Below are positions 25,199 to 34,728 of a DNA stretch of 64,000 nt, piece by piece. The position numbers were made by a program, and so were the translations under genes. Source of the stretch: Gemmataceae bacterium (GTDB lineage Bacteria; Planctomycetota; Planctomycetia; Gemmatales; Gemmataceae); NCBI GenBank assembly GCA_035266225.1, contig DATFNV010000336.1, forward strand, positions 134 through 64,133, in the 5' to 3' direction. The notes under the pieces were generated by a model. It had not been told where the DNA came from. It searched no databases and was given only the letters and a program-made list of their open reading frames with translations. Each line of letters starts with the position of its first letter. Position 1 is the stretch's first letter.

Positions 25199-27475
25199 AT
25201 GACTGAGACGCGCATCGCTGCGGAGGCGGAGACGGCCAAGGCTCCGGCCAAGCCTTCCCCCGTCGAGGGAATCAAGGAGGGTAGCCGGCAGTTGCGCGGC
25301 ACCATCGCCCTGGAGTTGGCCCGCGACACGGACCACTTCGGCGAGGCCGACAAGCAGCTGCTGAAGTTCCACGGCACCTACCAGCAGGAAGACCGCGACG
25401 CCCGCAAGGCCCGCAAGAAGGACGGCGTCGGCAAGCATCACATGTTCATGGTCCGCTGCAAGATTCCCGGCGGGCGCCTGACGGCGGCGCAGTACCTGAC
25501 GCTGGACGGGCTGGCTGGCCGCTGCGGCAACGGCACTCTGCGCTTCACCAGCCGCCAGGGCATCCAGTTCCACGGCGTCCTCAAAACCCACTTGCAGGAC
25601 ACCATCGCCGGTATCAACGCCTGCCTGCTGAGCACGTTGGGCGCCTGCGGCGACGTGGAGCGCAACGTGATGGCCTGCCCGGCGCCGCACCGGCAGGACG
25701 CGGCCCACGACGAACTGCAGGAGACGGCGAAGGTCCTCGCCGCCCACCTCGCCCCGCGGACGCGCGCCTACCACGAGATCTGGCTCAACGGCAAGCCGAT
25801 CAGCGAGACGGACACCTCGCCGCACGACCTCGAGCCGCTGTACGGCCAGGTGTACCTGCCGCGCAAGTTCAAGACCGGCCTGGCCTTGCCGGAGGACAAC
25901 TGCATCGACGTGTACGCCCAGGACCTCGGCCTGCTGGCCATCGTCGAGGGCGGCCACGTCGCCGGCTACAACGTGCTGGTTGGCGGCGGCATGGGCATGA
26001 CCCACGGCAACGCCAGCACCTTCCCGCACGTGGGCCGGCCGATCTGCTGGGTGCCGGCGGGGTCGGTGGTGACGGCGGCCGAGGCGGTGGTGCGGCTGTT
26101 CCGCGACCACGGCAACCGCTCCGACCGCAAGCGCGCCCGCATCAAGTACCTGGTCCACGACTGGGGCGTCGAGAAGTTCCGCGAGGTGCTGTCCGGCTAC
26201 CTCGGCGGCACCTCCTTGACGCCTCCGAGGCCGGTCGAGGTGAGCGGCTTCGACCTGCACCTCGGCTGGCACCCGCAGGGCGACGGCAAGTGGTACTACG
26301 GCCTGAGCGTCGAGAACGGCCGCGTCAAGGACGAGGGCAACCAGCGGCTGCGCTCCGGCCTGCGCGCCGTTGTCGAACGCTTCCAGCCGGGCATCCGCCT
26401 GACGCCGCTGCAAGACGTCCTGCTGTGCGACCTGGATCCGAAGGAGCGGCCCGAGCTGGAGCAAGTGCTGCGCGAATACGGCGTCCGGCCGTCGGAGGAG
26501 GTGTCGCAGGTGCGCCGGCACAGCATGGCCTGCCCGGCGATCCCGACGTGCGGCCTGGCCCTTTCGGAGTCGGAACGGGCGCTGCCCGGCATCATCGACG
26601 AATTGGAGGCGGAATTGAAGCGCCTCGGCCTGGGTGACGAGAAGATCAGCGTGCGCATGACCGGCTGCCCCAACGGCTGCGTGCGGCCCTACCAGAGCGA
26701 CGTCGGCCTCGTCGGCCGCAGCGGCGACAAGTACACGCTCTTCGTCGGCGGACACGTCCTGGGCCACCGCCTGAACTTCCTGCTCAAAGACCTGATCCCG
26801 CGTGCGGAGGTGGTGCCGGCGCTGGCGCTGATACTGGAGCGCTTCAAGGCCGAGCGCCAGGCCAACGAGAGCTTCGGCGACTACTGCCATCGCCAGGGGG
26901 CCGAGAAGCTGCAAGCCCTGCTGCCCTCGGAAGGGGACAGGTCCGAGCCGCACGGGACGAACGGGGACGGGCAGCACAAGCCGGCGGCCGTGCGTTCGGC
27001 GCCGGCGGAGGGTGCCGCCCTGGCCAAGCCGCAGACGCTCGTCGTGCCACTGCCGCCGACCTCCGTGCCGCCGCGGATGACGGCCGAGACCTTCTACGCC
27101 GGCTCGCCGGGCGAGGAGCTGCGCGACCACGCCTTCCGCTACAACAGCGACGGCAGCGTCCGCGAAACGGTCGTCTACTTCTACGCCAGCGACCAGCGCG
27201 CCGCCACCGCCGCGGCCGGCGACGCGCTGCGGCGCGAGGCGGTCTACCCCGGCCGCGTCGATGCTCAGCGATTGTACGCGGCCCGCAAAGTCAGCGACAC
27301 CTACCACGTCGGTGACGCCGGGCACGAGAGGCGCGACTACCGCGTGGAGTACCTGCCGGACGGCGTGGTGTCACAAACGGTAGTGTTCCACTACGAGGGC
27401 GACGCCCGTGCCGCCGACGCCCCATCGGGGGCGGCGCTGCGCCGCCAGGCGGCTTACGCTGGGCGGCTGCCCTGA
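25199..27475 (+). CDS. cysI: assimilatory sulfite (or nitrite) reductase haemoprotein, sirohaem/4Fe-4S, with about 180-aa C-terminal extension
   Basis: 758 aa. Motifs LLKFHGTYQQEDRD, MFMVRCKIPGGRL and TSRQGIQFHGV. Cluster cysteines are in ACPAIPTCGLA and MTGCPNGCVRP. The canonical fold ends near FGDYCHRQGAEKL. Confidence 0.88.
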   Translation: MTETRIAAEAETAKAPAKPSPVEGIKEGSRQLRGTIALELARDTDHFGEADKQLLKFHGTYQQEDRDARKARKKDGVGKHHMFMVRCKIPGGRLTAAQYLTLDGLAGRCGNGTLRFTSRQGIQFHGVLKTHLQDTIAGINACLLSTLGACGDVERNVMACPAPHRQDAAHDELQETAKVLAAHLAPRTRAYHEIWLNGKPISETDTSPHDLEPLYGQVYLPRKFKTGLALPEDNCIDVYAQDLGLLAIVEGGHVAGYNVLVGGGMGMTHGNASTFPHVGRPICWVPAGSVVTAAEAVVRLFRDHGNRSDRKRARIKYLVHDWGVEKFREVLSGYLGGTSLTPPRPVEVSGFDLHLGWHPQGDGKWYYGLSVENGRVKDEGNQRLRSGLRAVVERFQPGIRLTPLQDVLLCDLDPKERPELEQVLREYGVRPSEEVSQVRRHSMACPAIPTCGLALSESERALPGIIDELEAELKRLGLGDEKISVRMTGCPNGCVRPYQSDVGLVGRSGDKYTLFVGGHVLGHRLNFLLKDLIPRAEVVPALALILERFKAERQANESFGDYCHRQGAEKLQALLPSEGDRSEPHGTNGDGQHKPAAVRSAPAEGAALAKPQTLVVPLPPTSVPPRMTAETFYAGSPGEELRDHAFRYNSDGSVRETVVYFYASDQRAATAAAGDALRREAVYPGRVDAQRLYAARKVSDTYHVGDAGHERRDYRVEYLPDGVVSQTVVFHYEGDARAADAPSGAALRRQAAYAGRLP

Positions 27476-27481
27476 CCTGTC

Positions 27482-27826
27482 ATGGGATGGCTCCGCAACT
27501 CGCACGACACCGACGAGCCGGGCGCCGACCCCGGCCCGCTCGACCTGCCGCTGCCGCTGGCCGAGGGGCTGGCGCGGGTGGAGTCGGCCATCGGCGGCCT
27601 GCCGCGCTGGCGCGTCGAGACTCGCGACGCCTCGGCCGGGACGGTCACGGCAACGCGGCGCACCCGCTTCCTCCGTGCCCCCGATGACGTGACAATCCGG
27701 CTGGAACCGACTCCCGGTGGGACGCGGGTCCACGTGCGGAGCAAGAGCCGCTTCGGCCTCATCGACTTCGGCCAGAATCGGCGGAACGTGCTGGAGTTGT
27801 TCGCCGCCCTTCGGACGGTTGGGTAA
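27482..27826 (+). CDS. DUF1499-family protein
   Basis: 114 aa. TRFLRAPDDVTIRLEP...VHVRSKSRFGLIDFGQNRRNVLELF matches what I recall of DUF1499. Starts 6 nt after the cysI stop. Confidence 0.65.
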   Translation: MGWLRNSHDTDEPGADPGPLDLPLPLAEGLARVESAIGGLPRWRVETRDASAGTVTATRRTRFLRAPDDVTIRLEPTPGGTRVHVRSKSRFGLIDFGQNRRNVLELFAALRTVG

Positions 27827-27917
27827 CTGCCTCCCCGTTCTCGCTCCCTCGTACACGATTCCCACTTGATCCGATGCCCACACTCGTCATGATGGGAGCG
27901 AGAGGAGGTGTGCAACC

Positions 27918-28136
27918 GTGAGTAACGCCAAGATCACTCCCGAGGACGAGCAGCGCTTCCCCGAGGAGGACATGCCGATGCAGTTGTCCGAGCGTGACGC
28001 GAAGAAGCTGCTCGAAATGCTGGAGAACCCACCGAAGCCGAACGCGGTGGCGAAGCGCGCGGCGGAGCGGTTCAAGAAGGACTATGGCTGTGTGGGTCAT
28101 CGACCTATCCGACCCACCGGAAGGAAGGCACCATGA
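27918..28136 (+). pseudogene. DUF1778/TacA-like antitoxin fragment (C-terminal half only)
   Basis: LSERDAKKLLEMLENPPKPNAVAKRAAERF resembles the C-terminal helix region of DUF1778 antitoxins. No ribbon-helix-helix N-terminus. The tail GCVGHRPIRPTGRKAP reads through a 5' stub (ATG 28084, MAVWVIDLSDP) of a lost partner gene. Confidence 0.4.
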
Positions 28137-28372
28137 TCGAACTCACCGAGCAGCAGCAGCGCGAGATCGCCGAGGCGGGCTGACCGCCGCGCGTCATCAA
28201 CCCCACCACGCGGGAGACGTTCGTGCTGCTCCACGCCGAGATGTACGAGCGCGTGAGGGCGACCCTTGAAGCCGAGGACGAACTCGATGCCGTCCGGGAA
28301 ATGCAGCCGCTGGTCAACGAGGCCCTCGACCAGGTCGAGCGGGAGGACGCGGATTCCAGGGAGAGCGCATGA
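28133..28372 (+). pseudogene. small antitoxin-like gene with an in-frame TGA at codon 17
   Basis: ATG 28133, with AGGAAGG upstream. Reads MIELTEQQQREIAEAG-TGA(28181)-PPRVINPTTRETFVLLHAEMYERVRATLEAEDELDAVREMQPLVNEALDQVEREDADSRESA-TGA. An ATGA overlap at 28369 leads into a truncated MSRRGDVV... stub. Confidence 0.55.
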
Positions 28373-28411
28373 GCAGGCGAGGCGACGTCGTCACAGGAAT
28401 GAGGGGACGTA

Positions 28412-29215
28412 TCATTCTCGCGGGGTGTCATCCGCCGCCAGGACCACCATTCTCACCCACTCCGCCTCGGAAATCTTGGCATCGATGAAGCGCACGGAGC
28501 CGTCCGCGAACCCCACCTGGCACCCGCCGCAGTGATTGCCCCCGAAGTGTGCCGTAGCCGGGTCGTAGCCGCGCACGGTCGCCGGCCCGGCAGCGGTCCA
28601 GGCCCCTTGCGCGGCGCTCGTTTCCGTCGCCATCGCCGTCTGGCTTTCGCCGCGGACAAGGTCTTTCTTGTAGAGTGTCCGGTCGTAGCCGAAGAATCCG
28701 GCGCGCCGGTCACCGGAAGGTAACCACGCGGCGCCCTCGCCGACGCCGGTGATGCCGACGTAGTGCGACGGCCAGAGCGTGCTGGCGGGTGGCCCTTCCG
28801 GGTAGCCGGGGCAGTGGAACAATTTGCATGCGAGGAGGGCGGCGAAGCGATTCTCCTCCGCGTCCCAGCCCTTCTTCTTATCGATCCGGCGGTAGATATT
28901 ATCTTGCTCGATGTAAGGAATGAGATCGACGAGCCAACCCAGGCGCTTCTCCGTAGGCAACTGCCCGTTCAACATCAAGGAGACCGAGTAGGGGCCGTTC
29001 TCCGGGGACAACTCCGGGCTTGGCATCGCGGCGGCCGGATAGCGGCCTTGGTTGGAGTCCTGGTAATTCCCGACGGAGAGGCCGATTTGTCGCAGGTTAT
29101 TCGCGCACTCCATTCGCCGGCCTGACTCGCGGACCTTAACGACGGCGGGGAGAATCAGGGCGGCACAGGACCCCAGGATCAAGAGGACAACAAGTGCCTG
29201 AACGGTCTGCCTCAT
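28412..29215 (-). CDS. DUF1559-domain protein (planctomycete pseudopilin-like)
   Basis: 267 aa. N-terminal hydrophobic helix plus LPAVVKVRESGRRMECANNLRQIGLSVGNY, and C-terminal FADGSVRFI. Hallmark of the DUF1559 family. Confidence 0.85.
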   Translation of the reverse strand: MRQTVQALVVLLILGSCAALILPAVVKVRESGRRMECANNLRQIGLSVGNYQDSNQGRYPAAAMPSPELSPENGPYSVSLMLNGQLPTEKRLGWLVDLIPYIEQDNIYRRIDKKKGWDAEENRFAALLACKLFHCPGYPEGPPASTLWPSHYVGITGVGEGAAWLPSGDRRAGFFGYDRTLYKKDLVRGESQTAMATETSAAQGAWTAAGPATVRGYDPATAHFGGNHCGGCQVGFADGSVRFIDAKISEAEWVRMVVLAADDTPRE

Positions 29216-29257
29216 GGAAACCTCCTTCCGAGCCCATCGGGCCCGGTGCCCCGGGCG

Positions 29258-29836
29258 TCAGCGGATTTGCTCCAGCGCCCGGGCTGCGTTCTGACGCACT
29301 TCAGAATCTTCGTCGTTCAGCAGGTCATGCAGCAACGGGAGCAACGGCTCTGCCTGGGCGGCCGTCACCTCCCGCCCCGACATACCGTTGGGCGCCCAGC
29401 TTAGGGCGAAGGCCGCACCGGCGCGGACGCGAGGGTCGGAATCTGTCAGGGCCTCGGTCAGGGCCTTCTCGGTGGCCGGCCACAGCTCGCCCAGCGATTC
29501 GGCCGCCGCCCGGCGAACGCCCGCGTGTCGATCCTTGAGCGCCTCGATCAGGGCTGGCGCCTTCCTCTCGGCACCGATCCCAGGCTTCCCTGATGGCCGT
29601 GCCCCCAACCGCATGGCGCTCAACAGGCGCACGTCAGAGTCGTCATCCTTCAGGGACGAGAGCAAGCGGTCTGCGTCCGAGTCAACATTGAGGCGGCGTA
29701 CGGCAGCTGCTCGCACGGCCGGATTGGGGTCGCGCAATTCCGCATCGACTCGCGGGGATCGGAACACGATCACGAGGACGCCGCTGACGACGGCGGCCAG
29801 GACGACGGCCACGACGACGGCGCGGCGCGCTTTCAT
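29258..29836 (-). CDS. membrane-anchored HEAT-repeat protein
   Basis: ATG 29836 (MKARRAVVVAVVLAAVV...). Repeated D.NP.VR.AA..AL units (DPNPAVRAAAVRRL, DSDVRLLSAMRL, HAGVRRAAAESL, DPRVRAGAAFAL, DSEVRQNAARAL). Confidence 0.8.
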   Translation of the reverse strand: MKARRAVVVAVVLAAVVSGVLVIVFRSPRVDAELRDPNPAVRAAAVRRLNVDSDADRLLSSLKDDDSDVRLLSAMRLGARPSGKPGIGAERKAPALIEALKDRHAGVRRAAAESLGELWPATEKALTEALTDSDPRVRAGAAFALSWAPNGMSGREVTAAQAEPLLPLLHDLLNDEDSEVRQNAARALEQIR

Positions 29837-29848
29837 GGGCCGTCCCCC

Positions 29849-29885
29849 GTTTAGGGCCGCGCGGCTCTGCGAGCCGTCGCTAAAC
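29849..29885. repeat. short palindromic element GTTTAGGGCCGCGCGGCTCTGCGAGCCGTCGCTAAAC
   Basis: GTTTAG/CTAAAC termini. The core GGCTCTGCGAGCC resembles the core of the 2988-3049 copy. Confidence 0.8.
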
Positions 29886-29892
29886 ACTATCA

Positions 29893-31809
29893 TCACTCCC
29901 ACGCCAGCGCGTACAACTTACCATCATCTGATCCGTAATACAACACGCCATCCGCGATGGCGCACGTCCCCCATGCCGGCCCCGTCGCCGCCGACCACAC
30001 CGCCTTGCCCGTCGCCGCATCCAGTGCCACCACGCCTGCCGCCTTGCCGTCCACGCTCCCCTCGCGCAACGTCAGGTACAGATACTTCCCCGACGCCACC
30101 GGCGAGCCACCGCCCCAGCCCTTGCCGAGGCGCGTCTCCCACACCTGCGTCCCCTTCTTCGCATCGACGCACACCACCTGTCCGCCACCATCCCCGAAGA
30201 CGCAGACGTGTCCCCCGCGGACCGTCGGCGCCCCGCAGACGAGGTTCTTCATCCCGAAGCGCCAGACCTCCTTGCCGTCCTTCGCGTCGAGGGCGAGCAG
30301 CGGGCCGTCGTAGCCACTGCCGACATAAACGGTCCCGTCATGCACCGCCGGCGAACTCATCATGTGGTCGGAGTGCTTGCCGGCCAGGGCCTTCTCCCAG
30401 ACGACCTTGCCATCCTTCGCGTCCCAGCAGTGCAGGGTACCGTCCGCCGTGCCAAGGTAGACGCGACCGCCGGCCACCGCGGGCGAGCCGTAGTGTACCG
30501 GCCCCTTCGCCTGGGCGCTCCAAACGAGTTTGCCCGTTTTCAGGTCGAGGCAGTACGCCTTGCCGTCCCAGGCGCCGAAGTAGACGCGGCCGTCCACCAC
30601 GGCGGCGCTCGAATCGATGCCCTGCTTGACGTCGTCGATGCCGGGAAAGCCGGCGATGCGCGGCCCGGTTGCGAAATCCCATCGCTTCTTCCCCGTCGCC
30701 GCGTCGAGGCAGTACACCTTGCCGTCGAACGAGCCGAAGACCACGCCGTCACCGGCGACGGCCGGCGTCGATTCCACCTGGTCGCCGGTGGCGAAGTCCC
30801 ACAGCTTGTTGCCGGTCGCGGCCTCGACGCAGTACAGCTTGCGGTCGTTGTTGCCGATGAAGACGCGGCCGCCGGCCACCACGGGCGAGCCGGCGAACTC
30901 CTTGTCGCCCTTGAAGGTCCATTTTACCTTCAGCGGTGGGGGCAATTCCGAATCGGCGGCATTGGGGTGGTGCGGGCCGTTGTAGATCATCGGCCAACCG
31001 CGGCCCCAGCCCACCGGCGCCTCCTGCGTCAGCAGGACGAGGCCCTTCTCGTCGGGGACGGCGTCGTGGCCGCCGCTCTTGTCGTTCTTGACGAAGACGT
31101 GGATCAATTCCAGGCCCCAGCCGTGCTTGCCGCCGGCGTCCTTGACGACGCGGCCGTGGTAGGCGCGCCAGTTGGGATACTTTTCGACGAGCTTTTTCGA
31201 TTTCTCGGTCAGGTCGGCGGTGATGTCGCCCTTGAAGCCGTAGACGTCGAAGGTCGGCGACGGCCGATCGACGTAGTGCGACACGATCAGCGCCGCGTCG
31301 GCCGGGGTGCCCCACTTGTGGAACCAGTTGTTGACGTACCACGGCACCCAGCGGCCGTCGCGCTCCACCTCCACGATCAGGGCGGTGATGATCCTGTCGG
31401 CGTCGAGCTTGTAGTCCTGGAACTTCGCCGGCAGGCGGTCGATGGTCTTGACGCCCAGGACGCGTACGCGCGGCTGCTTCGACCAATCGACGTCGAGGCC
31501 GGTGTAGGTGGTGCCGAAGCGCCACGTCTCGAAGGGCGTCGGCTCGCGCGAGATGAGCGGCCAGTCGCCGTGGTCGTCGCTGGCGAAGGTGAAGGAGAAG
31601 TCCTCGGCGACGTAGTAGCCGGCGTTCTGGCGGAAGAAGCGGAAGTCCTTGGCCTTGCCGGTCCAGTGGACGTAGAGCCTCGTCGGCCCCAGGTTCAGCT
31701 TCTCGACGGTCGTCGTCGGGTCGGCGGCCGGCAAGTCTTTCGGCTCCGCGGCCTGTCCGTCGATGGTCGTCCCCCAGCACAGCGCAACCAGCAACAGCGT
31801 GCGTCTCAT
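29893..31809 (-). CDS. secreted protein: unknown N-terminal domain plus PQQ-like beta-propeller (BamB-like repeats)
   Basis: ATG 31809 (MRRTLLLVALCWG...). The C-terminal half has repeated G.VY.G..DG.LYCLDA.TGK..W motifs. Confidence 0.85.
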   Translation of the reverse strand: MRRTLLLVALCWGTTIDGQAAEPKDLPAADPTTTVEKLNLGPTRLYVHWTGKAKDFRFFRQNAGYYVAEDFSFTFASDDHGDWPLISREPTPFETWRFGTTYTGLDVDWSKQPRVRVLGVKTIDRLPAKFQDYKLDADRIITALIVEVERDGRWVPWYVNNWFHKWGTPADAALIVSHYVDRPSPTFDVYGFKGDITADLTEKSKKLVEKYPNWRAYHGRVVKDAGGKHGWGLELIHVFVKNDKSGGHDAVPDEKGLVLLTQEAPVGWGRGWPMIYNGPHHPNAADSELPPPLKVKWTFKGDKEFAGSPVVAGGRVFIGNNDRKLYCVEAATGNKLWDFATGDQVESTPAVAGDGVVFGSFDGKVYCLDAATGKKRWDFATGPRIAGFPGIDDVKQGIDSSAAVVDGRVYFGAWDGKAYCLDLKTGKLVWSAQAKGPVHYGSPAVAGGRVYLGTADGTLHCWDAKDGKVVWEKALAGKHSDHMMSSPAVHDGTVYVGSGYDGPLLALDAKDGKEVWRFGMKNLVCGAPTVRGGHVCVFGDGGGQVVCVDAKKGTQVWETRLGKGWGGGSPVASGKYLYLTLREGSVDGKAAGVVALDAATGKAVWSAATGPAWGTCAIADGVLYYGSDDGKLYALAWE

Positions 31810-32047
31810 GGCGTGTTCCCCCTTGTGGTCGAAGGCGCAGAATACCACACCGGCGGGCGCTTTTCAGCGCTGCGCGAACGCCAGGCCGCAGGCGGCCAAT
31901 CGTAACCTATACTCCTCTCAGAGCGGTCGGGGGCGCTTGCGCTCGTGGATCGCTCGTCGGGAGCCGGCCGCGCCGCCCGCAACGCCGTCCTTTCCCCTCT
32001 CGACCCGTCGTGACCGCCCCGACGTCTTTCTTGCAGGTGTGTCAGGC

Positions 32048-33067
32048 ATGGCGATGGTCTGCCCCAAGTGTAACGGGTCGTTCAAGCAGCGCTGGCAGTG
32101 TCCGACCTGCGGCGTCCGCCTCGCCTACCAGTCGGGGTCGCGGCCCGTGATCGGCGAGGAGGCCCAGGCCAGCCCGTGGGGGCAAACGCCGTGGGGCCGC
32201 ATCCTCGTCGGCGTCCTGCTGTCGCAGGGGCTCTACCACGGCCTGCGCCAGCTGGCCACCGCCGGCCTGCTCGTCAGCGGCGACGAGGCGGCCCGCAGCG
32301 TGTGGTCCACCCTATACGGCCTCGTCATCCTCCAGGCCATCCAGGCGCTGTGCCTGGTCGTCGCCGGCATGTTGGCCGGCGCCGGCTTGCGCCAGGGGAT
32401 CGTTTTCGGCGCCATCGTCGGCGTGTGGAACGGGGTGTTGTCGGTGGTCATCCAGAGCGCCGGCGGCGTGCCGCACACGGCCGTCACCCTGCTGGGGCAG
32501 CCGATCCTGCACACGGTGTTCGGCGCCGCGGGCGGGCTCCTCGGCAGCCACATCTGGAAGCCGCTGCCGGTCCTCGCCGGCCCGGCCTCGCCGCAGGTCG
32601 CCCCGCCCATCGCGACTGCCCGCGTCCGCCGGCCGCTGTTCGAGGGACCGGTCGCCTGGGGCCGCATGCTGCTGGGGGCCGCCCTGGCCGTCGGCGGCGC
32701 CGTCTGGGCGCACGTCATCCTCGAAATGGTCCTCGACGCCAGCCAGGGGACGCTCGACATCACCGACCACCTGCAGGCGCAGCTGGTCACCTGGGAAGTG
32801 ACCGGGTTGGCCATGCTCGCTGGCAGCGCCCTGGCCGGGGCCGGCACCGCCAACAGCCTCAAGCAGGGGTTGTGCGTCGGCCTCGCCGTCGCCGCGGTGC
32901 TGCTTGGCTTTCGGCTGGGCGTCCGGGAAGCCCCCCTGCACGACCTGGTGCTGACCGCGGCCTGCTCGCTGGCCCTGGGACTGGCCGGCGCCTGGTTCGG
33001 CGGCAGCCTCTTCCCGCCGCTGGTCAAGGGACCGCACCGCAAGAAACTCGGGCCGGAAGCCACCTGA
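32048..33067 (+). CDS. zinc-ribbon N-terminus plus polytopic Gly/Ala-rich membrane protein
   Basis: ATG 32048. MAMVCPKCNGSFKQRWQCPTCGVRL (CxxC...CxxC) followed by about 8 hydrophobic segments. Confidence 0.65.
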   Translation: MAMVCPKCNGSFKQRWQCPTCGVRLAYQSGSRPVIGEEAQASPWGQTPWGRILVGVLLSQGLYHGLRQLATAGLLVSGDEAARSVWSTLYGLVILQAIQALCLVVAGMLAGAGLRQGIVFGAIVGVWNGVLSVVIQSAGGVPHTAVTLLGQPILHTVFGAAGGLLGSHIWKPLPVLAGPASPQVAPPIATARVRRPLFEGPVAWGRMLLGAALAVGGAVWAHVILEMVLDASQGTLDITDHLQAQLVTWEVTGLAMLAGSALAGAGTANSLKQGLCVGLAVAAVLLGFRLGVREAPLHDLVLTAACSLALGLAGAWFGGSLFPPLVKGPHRKKLGPEAT

Positions 33068-33110
33068 CCTCTCATCCCGACCCTTCACGCGACACCGACA
33101 AACCGCTCGC

Positions 33111-33138
33111 TTGACGATGCCCCACCCGCGCCTATAAC
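33111..33138 (+). promoter_or_regulatory. candidate promoter TTGACG-N16-TATAAC upstream of nuoA
   Basis: Sequence match only. It lies upstream of the hairpin at 33159-33188, which complicates interpretation. Confidence 0.3.
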
Positions 33139-33158
33139 CAAATCGCAGGGCGATCCTC

Positions 33159-33188
33159 ACCTCGACCTACGGAGTCGAGGTTCTTTTT
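33159..33188 (+). terminator. intrinsic-terminator-like hairpin ACCTCGAC-CTACGGA-GTCGAGGT followed by TCTTTTT
   Basis: 8-bp GC-rich stem, 7-nt loop and a T-tract. Lies 92 nt after the stop of the 32048..33067 gene and 53 nt before the nuoA ATG. Confidence 0.45.
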
Positions 33189-33240
33189 CGCACGACTTCG
33201 TGAAAAAAATCACGATCTTCCTGTCGGGGGGATAGGTCGG

Positions 33241-33642
33241 ATGGATTTCAGCCTTTCGACATACTATCCGATCTTCATCTACCTGATTGCCGTGGTGCTG
33301 TTCGCCGCCGGCGTGATGGTGGTGACGCACCTCCCTTTCCTCAAGCCGAAGAAGCGCACCGCGGTGAAGCTGATGCCCTACGAGTCGGGCATGGACCCGA
33401 TCGGCGACGCCCGGCAGCGCTTCGACGTGAAATTCTACCTCGTCGCCATCTTGTTCCTGGTGTTCGACGTCGAGCTGCTCTTCCTCTATCCGTGGGCGGT
33501 GGTGGCGTACGGCCAGTCGGACGATCCGCTCTTGCCGCCGCAGTTCCGGGCCATCGTCTTCTGGGAGGTGATCGTCTTCCTCGTGACGCTGGCGGTGGCC
33601 TACGTCTACGCCTGGCGGAAGGGGGTCTTCACATGGCGCTGA
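33241..33642 (+). CDS. nuoA: NADH-quinone oxidoreductase subunit A
   Basis: 133 aa, 3 TM. Motifs YESGMDP and [22 protein letters not shown]. Confidence 0.93.
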   Translation: MDFSLSTYYPIFIYLIAVVLFAAGVMVVTHLPFLKPKKRTAVKLMPYESGMDPIGDARQRFDVKFYLVAILFLVFDVELLFLYPWAVVAYGQSDDPLLPPQFRAIVFWEVIVFLVTLAVAYVYAWRKGVFTWR

Positions 33643-34226
33643 GAGACTTCTTCGTCACGACACTCGACTGGGCGGCCAGCCTGGCGCGGAAGAACAGCCT
33701 GTGGCCGATGCCGTTCGGGACGGCGTGCTGCGCCATCGAGCTGATGGCGGCGGGGGCCTCGCGCCACGACATCGCCCGCTTCGGCGCCGAGGCCATGCGC
33801 TTCAGCCCGCGGCAGTGCGACCTGATGATCGTCGCCGGCCGCGTGGTCATGAAGATGGTGCCGGTGATGCAGCGCATCTGGCTGCAGATGCCGGAGCCCA
33901 AGTGGTGCATCTCGATGGGCGCCTGCGCCTCCAGCGGCGGCGTCTTCGACACCTACTGCACCGTGCAGGGCATCGACCGCTTCATCCCGGTGGACATTTA
34001 CATCCCCGGCTGCCCGCCACGGCCCGAACAGATCCTGCAAGCGATCATCGACTTGCAGGAGCGCATCCAGAAAGGCGGCACGCTGACCGGCAAGGAGTTC
34101 GCTGCCCGCACCCGGCCGAAGAATCCGGCCCCGCTGGCGCTGGAGGTGCTGCCGGCGGACAAAATGGTGGCGCCCGGCGACTTCGCCACGGCGACGCGCC
34201 TGCGCGAGGGGGAGAAGTCACCGTGA
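33633..34226 (+). CDS. nuoB: NADH-quinone oxidoreductase subunit B
   Basis: ATG 33633, overlapping the nuoA end. Motifs [22 protein letters not shown] and IPGCPPRPE (N2 cluster cysteines). Confidence 0.93.
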   Translation: MALRDFFVTTLDWAASLARKNSLWPMPFGTACCAIELMAAGASRHDIARFGAEAMRFSPRQCDLMIVAGRVVMKMVPVMQRIWLQMPEPKWCISMGACASSGGVFDTYCTVQGIDRFIPVDIYIPGCPPRPEQILQAIIDLQERIQKGGTLTGKEFAARTRPKNPAPLALEVLPADKMVAPGDFATATRLREGEKSP

Positions 34227-34726
34227 CCCACGACGAAATCCTCGCCGGGCTGCGCGAGCGCTTCGGGCCGGACTCGTTCGCGACGGCAGAGTTCCGCGAC
34301 AACCGGCGCGTCATCGTGCCCGCCGAGCGCGTCCACGCCGTGCTGGCATTCCTCAAGGGACAGTGCGGCTTCGACATGCTCGCCGAAATGACGGCTGTCG
34401 ATTACCTGCGCTACCCCAACGCCAAGGACCGTTACGGCGTCGTCTACTGTCTGCTCGACACCAGGGCGGGGACGCGCCTGGTGGTCAAGACGTTCGTGAA
34501 CGATCCCGAGCCGGTGCTGCCGTCGGCCTACCCCCTGTGGAAGGCGGCCGACTGGCTGGAGCGCGAGGTGTACGACATGTACGGCATCCGCTTCGACGGA
34601 CACCCGGACCTGCGCCGCATCCTGATGCCGGAGGAGTTCACCGCCTACCCGCTGCGCAAGGACTACCCGCTGCGCGGCAAGGGGGAGCGGCACAACCTGC
34701 CGGTGCTGACGAGGGCGGAAGGTTAA
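34223..34726 (+). CDS. nuoC: NADH-quinone oxidoreductase subunit C
   Basis: GTG 34223 in GTGA overlap with the nuoB stop. Motifs [39 protein letters not shown] and [10 protein letters not shown]. Confidence 0.9.
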   Translation: MTHDEILAGLRERFGPDSFATAEFRDNRRVIVPAERVHAVLAFLKGQCGFDMLAEMTAVDYLRYPNAKDRYGVVYCLLDTRAGTRLVVKTFVNDPEPVLPSAYPLWKAADWLEREVYDMYGIRFDGHPDLRRILMPEEFTAYPLRKDYPLRGKGERHNLPVLTRAEG

Positions 34727-34728
34727 GG

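Noticed and set aside
25178-27325. 715-aa minus-strand ORF opposite cysI.
   Set aside because: It is antisense to a gene with unmistakable sulfite reductase motifs, and its composition is low-complexity Ala/Arg/Gly/Val.
28181-28183. In-frame TGA as selenocysteine or Trp recoding.
   Set aside because: There is no SECIS-like hairpin immediately downstream. The neighbouring cassettes are also visibly truncated, so a TGG-to-TGA nonsense mutation in a decaying module is the simpler reading.
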